DNA of 59,131 nucleotides. Source: a virus. Taxonomy: Duplodnaviria; Caudoviricetes. The translations under genes were made by a program, and so were the position numbers. This document shows positions 55,001 through 59,131 of the stretch, piece after piece. Position 1 is the stretch's first letter. Each line of letters opens with the position of its first letter. The notes under the pieces are model-generated. The model did no database searches and had not been told where the DNA came from. It saw only the letters and a list, made by a program, of their open reading frames with translations. The DNA lies in IMG/VR virus record IMGVR_UViG_3300034283_001738, positions 1 to 59,131 of that record; one strand, written 5' to 3'.

Positions 55001-55025
55001 CCAGAAAGTGAAGCGGAAAAGTAGA
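55001..55025 (+). repeat. 25-bp direct repeat, copy 2
   Basis: Identical to 52577-52601; 12 nt upstream of TATAAT (55038). Confidence 0.9.
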
Positions 55026-55049
55026 AGAAAAAAATAGTATAATAGCCAT

Positions 55050-55250
55050 ATGACGAAATACGCATTTGAATGCCCTGCATGTGAGACCATATTATCTATA
55101 GACACATTATTGGATAAAAAGGATATCCACCATGCGCCCCCATGTCCATGCGGTAAGACCAGAATGGACTCCATAGAAAACTATGAAGTATGGGGCTGCT
55201 ATTGTGGAAAAGCTAAACACAATAATCACAGAATAAGTCATTGGGATTAA
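55050..55250 (+). CDS. Zn-ribbon protein
   Basis: YAFECPAC...CPCG...CYCG; leaderless. Confidence 0.7.
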   Translation: MTKYAFECPACETILSIDTLLDKKDIHHAPPCPCGKTRMDSIENYEVWGCYCGKAKHNNHRISHWD

Positions 55251-55256
55251 TCTTAG

Positions 55257-55820
55257 TTGACTATGAATATAGATTATATCGAAGATCTATTTTCGGCTGA
55301 AGAGCTGGAAATACTAAATAACTGCATTAAAGAATCTGAATTGGTCAGCGATGATAATGAGCTCGGCAGACTAAAAATCACTCTAAACACAGTTCCTCCA
55401 GAGATAGAAAAAAAGCTGGAAAAGATCGCTAGTAACATCTTGAAGAAAGAGATGAAAACATCTCATATTCTATATGTAGAATATAGCAACAAATTTGGTC
55501 AACCAAACTTACCTCCACATTTTGATGCAGACAAGAATAGTCTGGTATTTGATTATCAGCTAGAGGCTAATACAAATTGGGATCTAGGGGTGGGAACCAA
55601 GAACTATCCACTTAAAGATAATTCAGCCTTATTATTCAATGCTAATGAAAATATACATTGGAGACCAATTAAAGAATTTAAGGACGGGGAATACGTAAGA
55701 ATGATCTTCTTCAGATTATACGATAAGAACAATAGGATAAGCTATAAGCACCTTGACTACAAACAAGGAGATCCAATATTCCAAGAAGCAATAAGGTTCA
55801 GAGAGGGTTTAAATAGATGA
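55257..55820 (+). CDS. 2OG-Fe(II) oxygenase
   Basis: LPPHFD, IHWR, YVRMIFF; start could be 55263. Confidence 0.78.
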   Translation: MTMNIDYIEDLFSAEELEILNNCIKESELVSDDNELGRLKITLNTVPPEIEKKLEKIASNILKKEMKTSHILYVEYSNKFGQPNLPPHFDADKNSLVFDYQLEANTNWDLGVGTKNYPLKDNSALLFNANENIHWRPIKEFKDGEYVRMIFFRLYDKNNRISYKHLDYKQGDPIFQEAIRFREGLNR

Positions 55821-55918
55821 GTATATTATGCAAATGTGATAGATCTGCAATATTTCCAAGATGCAATAAGAATCCAGAGTATTGTCCAAAACCAGCTGAA
55901 AAGGAAGATGAGTCATGA
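55817..55918 (+). CDS. 33-aa CDGSH-like Cys peptide (not in ORF track)
   Basis: MSILCKCDRSAIFPRCNKNPEYCP...; ATGA overlaps on both sides. Confidence 0.55.
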   Translation: MSILCKCDRSAIFPRCNKNPEYCPKPAEKEDES

Positions 55919-56496
55919 AGAAGTTTATGGTCGCAGATTTGATGAAAAGTGTTAGAGAAGATTTAATACTAGAGGCCATGTCCAGATATGACTTAGATAG
56001 AGCTAATGCTCAGATATTTGTCGACAATTTCCCAAACTCATCTACATGGGCTGATGTTGAGGCTACGGCAGAATTTTATGGAGTTGGAATTTTAGCTGTA
56101 GAAGATGATATGGTTGAGGCTTACTTATCTTTTGAAGAAGAAGAGCAGATAATGGTTATGGAATTGGGCGGGATTCCAGAAGCTAAAGGAGAACTAGATA
56201 GTAGCCTAGGTAAGATACTATTCTGGTTTAATATAGCACTAGGTACATTTATGTTGACTACTATATTTAAAAATGGAAATCCAGCACAATATCCAATATC
56301 TGTGTCTGAATTAAAAGAAATACGTAATGCAGAATCCTTTGGAGAATATTTTAATAAGAATATTAGAGGAGATAGCCTATATAGCGATAAAGATGGATCT
56401 TGTGGATGTATTGGCGAAGATCCAAGTAAACCAAAGAGACTTTGTCAGCCTGAAGATTTTGCCCAAATGCCACAAGAATTTAAGTCCTATCTCTAG
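55915..56496 (+). CDS. Hypothetical protein with a KTSC-like domain
   Basis: FKNG...Y...AESFGEYFNKNIRG. Confidence 0.65.
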   Translation: MKKFMVADLMKSVREDLILEAMSRYDLDRANAQIFVDNFPNSSTWADVEATAEFYGVGILAVEDDMVEAYLSFEEEEQIMVMELGGIPEAKGELDSSLGKILFWFNIALGTFMLTTIFKNGNPAQYPISVSELKEIRNAESFGEYFNKNIRGDSLYSDKDGSCGCIGEDPSKPKRLCQPEDFAQMPQEFKSYL

Positions 56497-56715
56497 TATC
56501 CCCCTCCCATTTTTCTCCCTTGTATGGCCTTTCTAAGGCCTTTTAAAAGGGAGTATAGTGGAGTAAAGTGGAGAATTGTACTATCAATTTTGGTCTAAAT
56601 ACTATTAATATATCTATTTAAATTTATATGAGTAATGGAGCTTTATCAAATCGTAATCGTAATGTCAATATATATCATATTGGCCAATATCTGTCAATAG
56701 CTTATATGAAATATA

Positions 56716-56918
56716 TTCTGGGAATTTTAAAAATGTGCTCGTAATAGACAATTTTGGCCCATAATTTTGATCTAAATTCTGTCATATTTGTATAACATTT
56801 TGTTATATTATATATATATTCTATATAGATCTTGACAGATTTTGATCAATATGCCATCAAATTTCTGGGAATTTTTATGCCCTATCGTAATAGAGAAATT
56901 TGGCCCATAAATTGATCA
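56716..56918 (+). repeat. Imperfect ~57-bp direct repeat (2 copies) in the non-coding junction
   Basis: TTCTGGGAATTTT...TCGTAATAGA.AA.TTTGGCCCATAA.TTGATC at 56716 and 56863. Confidence 0.8.
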
Positions 56919-56920
56919 TG

Positions 56921-56962
56921 AAAAAACCCTATACAATTAAATAAATTAATTATATAGGGTTT
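56921..56962 (-). terminator. Terminator hairpin for minus-strand genes
   Basis: AAACCCTATA...TATAGGGTTT followed by a T-run on the minus strand. Confidence 0.6.
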
Positions 56963-56982
56963 AATTAGATCCAAATAGGATA

Positions 56983-57378
56983 TTATATAAACGGGTGATT
57001 GATTGTAATTGATTTATCTTGAAGCTCTACATGATATGCTTCTTTGGTTAAATCTAATTCTGGTGCCTCCGCCAAAATATGCTCCAATGTATTATCCTTG
57101 CCATATTTGGCTTCAAGGACATCATTGAGTAAGTCAGCCATCATTAGACCTTCGGTTGTATTTCCTTTTTCCCACTCAGTTTTAAAACGGCGGGCTTCAT
57201 ATTTGATAATCCACTTAACTAGTTCCATAATTCTATCTTGTGTATATAATGGAACATCTGTTGATAATACATTTGCTACAACTGCTGGATTAAAATAATG
57301 CCAGTCAACTGCTCTTGCTATTTCATTTGCTAGATTTGTTTCTATTGCTTTGGTATCTATGGATTTGGTATATTTCAT
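56983..57378 (-). CDS. Hypothetical protein
   Basis: MKYTKSIDTK...; SD AAAGGCGG; TGGTAGAAT promoter upstream. Confidence 0.7.
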   Translation of the reverse strand: MKYTKSIDTKAIETNLANEIARAVDWHYFNPAVVANVLSTDVPLYTQDRIMELVKWIIKYEARRFKTEWEKGNTTEGLMMADLLNDVLEAKYGKDNTLEHILAEAPELDLTKEAYHVELQDKSITINHPFI

Positions 57379-57406
57379 TTGTCCGCCTTTCTTATGTATT
57401 CTACCA

Positions 57407-57460
57407 AAAAGGTGAATCCCCCGCAACCCTCCCAGTTTCCCACCAGAGGCTGCAGGGGAC
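57407..57460 (-). terminator. GC-rich hairpin/terminator after the Lsr2-like gene
   Basis: TCCCCTGCAGCCTC...GAGGGTTGCGGGGGA then TTCACCTTTTT. Confidence 0.55.
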
Positions 57461-57470
57461 CACAGCTATG

Positions 57471-57620
57471 TTACTTGACGTTCTTCGTATCTGTGAAGAC
57501 GACGCCCTTCTTAGAAGCCTCTTGGATGGCGTTCTTTGCTGCTGCAGAGAAACGTCCACGCTTGCCCACAGTAATTCCCTGGGCCTTGAGGTATTCACGA
57601 GTTGTTGTTGAGTTTGTCAT
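57471..57620 (-). CDS. 49-aa Lsr2 DNA-binding-domain-like protein (not in ORF track)
   Basis: MTNSTTTREYLKAQGITVGKRGRFSAAAKNAIQEA with RGR AT-hook; SD GAAAGGA; promoter TTTACA-17-TAAAAT at 57683-57655. Confidence 0.75.
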   Translation of the reverse strand: MTNSTTTREYLKAQGITVGKRGRFSAAAKNAIQEASKKGVVFTDTKNVK

Positions 57621-57739
57621 TTTTCATCCTTTCAGTGATGAGTTATTTATGTATATTTTATCAGATATTCACGAAATTGTAAATACCCTACGTAAGCTAT
57701 TTTTTCGGCCCACGTCCCACACGCAGGCCAATCTTATCT

Positions 57740-57928
57740 TTATTTAGTTATATTTTCTAGGTCAACTACATTGTATGGATCTACAATTGAATCAATTGTA
57801 ATTTCGTTCCATTCATTAGTGGGAACCAGGCGAGCTCCCTCCCATGCCAGTTCAGGCGATTCAGCAGAGATATCCAGGTAGTACTTATGAATCATGTCTC
57901 CATAGACTCTATAATCTTTTCTAGTCAT
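57740..57928 (-). CDS. Hypothetical protein
   Basis: 62 aa in the minus-strand operon. Confidence 0.6.
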   Translation of the reverse strand: MTRKDYRVYGDMIHKYYLDISAESPELAWEGARLVPTNEWNEITIDSIVDPYNVVDLENITK

Positions 57929-58289
57929 CTAGCCACTCGTCCTCATCTAGGGCAACCAGGAAATCGTTGTCCCTCATCCAATCACGAAGCGTCTCTTCAA
58001 TGATTTCATCTCCAAGGTCCATGCTTAGGCCAATGCCGTCTACATCTTCCCAGAACTTATCAAAGATTTGTTTTAGAGTTATGCCGCTAGGCACAGCCTC
58101 ATCAACATAATCATTTTCAGCAAGGTCATCATATTGATTATTCTCGTAGATATTACGCATTACATCAAATGTCCATACCCACAGCAATGACGGGAAGACG
58201 GGAATAGTTGTAATCTTATCTACAATCTGATTTAGTTCATTGTAGATGTCGTCCCTACGTGTTGCTTCCTGTAGATCTAATTCAGCCAT
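57921..58289 (-). CDS. Acidic hypothetical protein
   Basis: 122 aa; overlapping operon. Confidence 0.7.
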   Translation of the reverse strand: MAELDLQEATRRDDIYNELNQIVDKITTIPVFPSLLWVWTFDVMRNIYENNQYDDLAENDYVDEAVPSGITLKQIFDKFWEDVDGIGLSMDLGDEIIEETLRDWMRDNDFLVALDEDEWLDD

Positions 58290-58560
58290 TCTTCTTTGTC
58301 CTTTCGTCGATTGCGAATGCTAATGCATATGTCATTTGGTAAATATAAGTTAGAGCGTCGACTTGGCCTTCCCAGTACTTCCGCTCCATGGAATCAATGG
58401 CCTCTTCGGTATCGTCTTCAATACGCTGTGCCTCCTCCAGTTCCCGTTCTGCGTCAAGCATGAGCGTCTTTAAATGCCCGTGCAAGATATCGGTCCCAGA
58501 GGACCCAGCGTCTACCTGCTTCTGCAGATGTGGTTCTAGTTCTAGTGTGTTCATGTTCAT
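58282..58560 (-). CDS. Hypothetical helical protein
   Basis: MNMNTLE...ERKYWEGQVDAL; ATGA overlap. Confidence 0.7.
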   Translation of the reverse strand: MNMNTLELEPHLQKQVDAGSSGTDILHGHLKTLMLDAERELEEAQRIEDDTEEAIDSMERKYWEGQVDALTYIYQMTYALAFAIDERTKKNG

Positions 58561-58775
58561 AGTATATCCTCTACCACTGACAAAATGTGGCGGGTAGCAA
58601 GGAGTTGTCCAGACCAATGATTATATTCAAAGTCTAATTCCTTACAAGCTTTAGATTCAGGGTCTAATTCTTCCATTTCAGAAGCAATATTCTCCAAATC
58701 TTGTTCTAAACTAATTACATGTAGCTTGATATATTCTACAATCTTAGTCTTCCTATTAACATATTCTGATTCCAT
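58557..58775 (-). CDS. Hypothetical helical protein
   Basis: 72 aa; EYNHWSGQLLA resembles the neighbouring gene's motif. Confidence 0.65.
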   Translation of the reverse strand: MESEYVNRKTKIVEYIKLHVISLEQDLENIASEMEELDPESKACKELDFEYNHWSGQLLATRHILSVVEDIL

Positions 58776-59015
58776 TTACTTCTCCTCATCCCATTCAATA
58801 TAGTAATCATCTTCAGGCTTCAAATCATAAAATAGATTAAACCTACCTTTGAGATAATTTGAATCTGACATATCTGCAATACGCCAATCTGAATACAATG
58901 TGCCTTCATCTAAATTAGTGGTAATCCAATCATCTAGAAGTTGTTCAGCAATTGTCTGCATTTCTGCGTCTATAACCATTTGGTTTTCGTTTTCTAAGAA
59001 TGAACCTTTATCCAT
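58776..59015 (-). CDS. Acidic hypothetical protein
   Basis: MDKGSFLENENQM...; SD GAAAGG. Confidence 0.65.
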   Translation of the reverse strand: MDKGSFLENENQMVIDAEMQTIAEQLLDDWITTNLDEGTLYSDWRIADMSDSNYLKGRFNLFYDLKPEDDYYIEWDEEK

Positions 59016-59131
59016 TTGCTTCTGCCTTTCTATATTCGGGAATGTTGTCCAAGTATACCTTATGGGTCTGACATTCTTTGACACAATCAAGGTCTGCCTC
59101 GCCAAGGTAATTACAAGATGAACATATCTCA

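Noticed and set aside
57379-57747. Plus-strand ORFs over the Lsr2-like locus
   Set aside because: The minus-strand 49-aa ORF has the promoter, SD, motif and terminator; the plus-strand frames have none.

Overview
This is an AT-rich segment (roughly 35% GC by eye) of a large tailed dsDNA phage that very likely infects Actinobacteria, probably a freshwater lineage. The host inference rests on WhiB, mycobacterial-type AhpC/AhpD, an Lsr2-like mini-protein, an FmdB-like Zn ribbon, a short-variable-arm tRNA-Leu(UAA) and many leaderless promoters. Layout: (1) 1-13.5 kb holds the end of the tape measure and the tail genes, including a 1260-aa fibre with 8 InlB-B-type repeats and (PPFF)n tracts. (2) 13.6-27 kb is replication and recombination: DnaB, primase, two SSBs, DnaE, MazG, RecA, a Cas4-like nuclease and RuvC. 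(3) 27.7-30 kb is the terminase. (4) 30.3-33.8 kb has six tRNAs plus ahpC/ahpD, IMPDH/GMPR and Hsp20. (5) 33.9-56.5 kb is an accessory region with an APS-kinase/nucleotidyltransferase fusion, secreted surface proteins, a CHAP lysin, six of the window's seven Fe(II)/2OG-type oxygenases, two sulfotransferases, a luciferase-like monooxygenase and many micro-ORFs missing from the ORF track. (6) A structured non-coding junction at 56.5-57 kb is followed by minus-strand small genes. The best candidate for an undescribed system is a dispersed phage-encoded hydroxylation plus PAPS-dependent sulfation pathway, possibly acting on the phage's own Pro-rich (PPFF/PEPS) proteins. All calls come from motif recognition by eye; no database searches were run.
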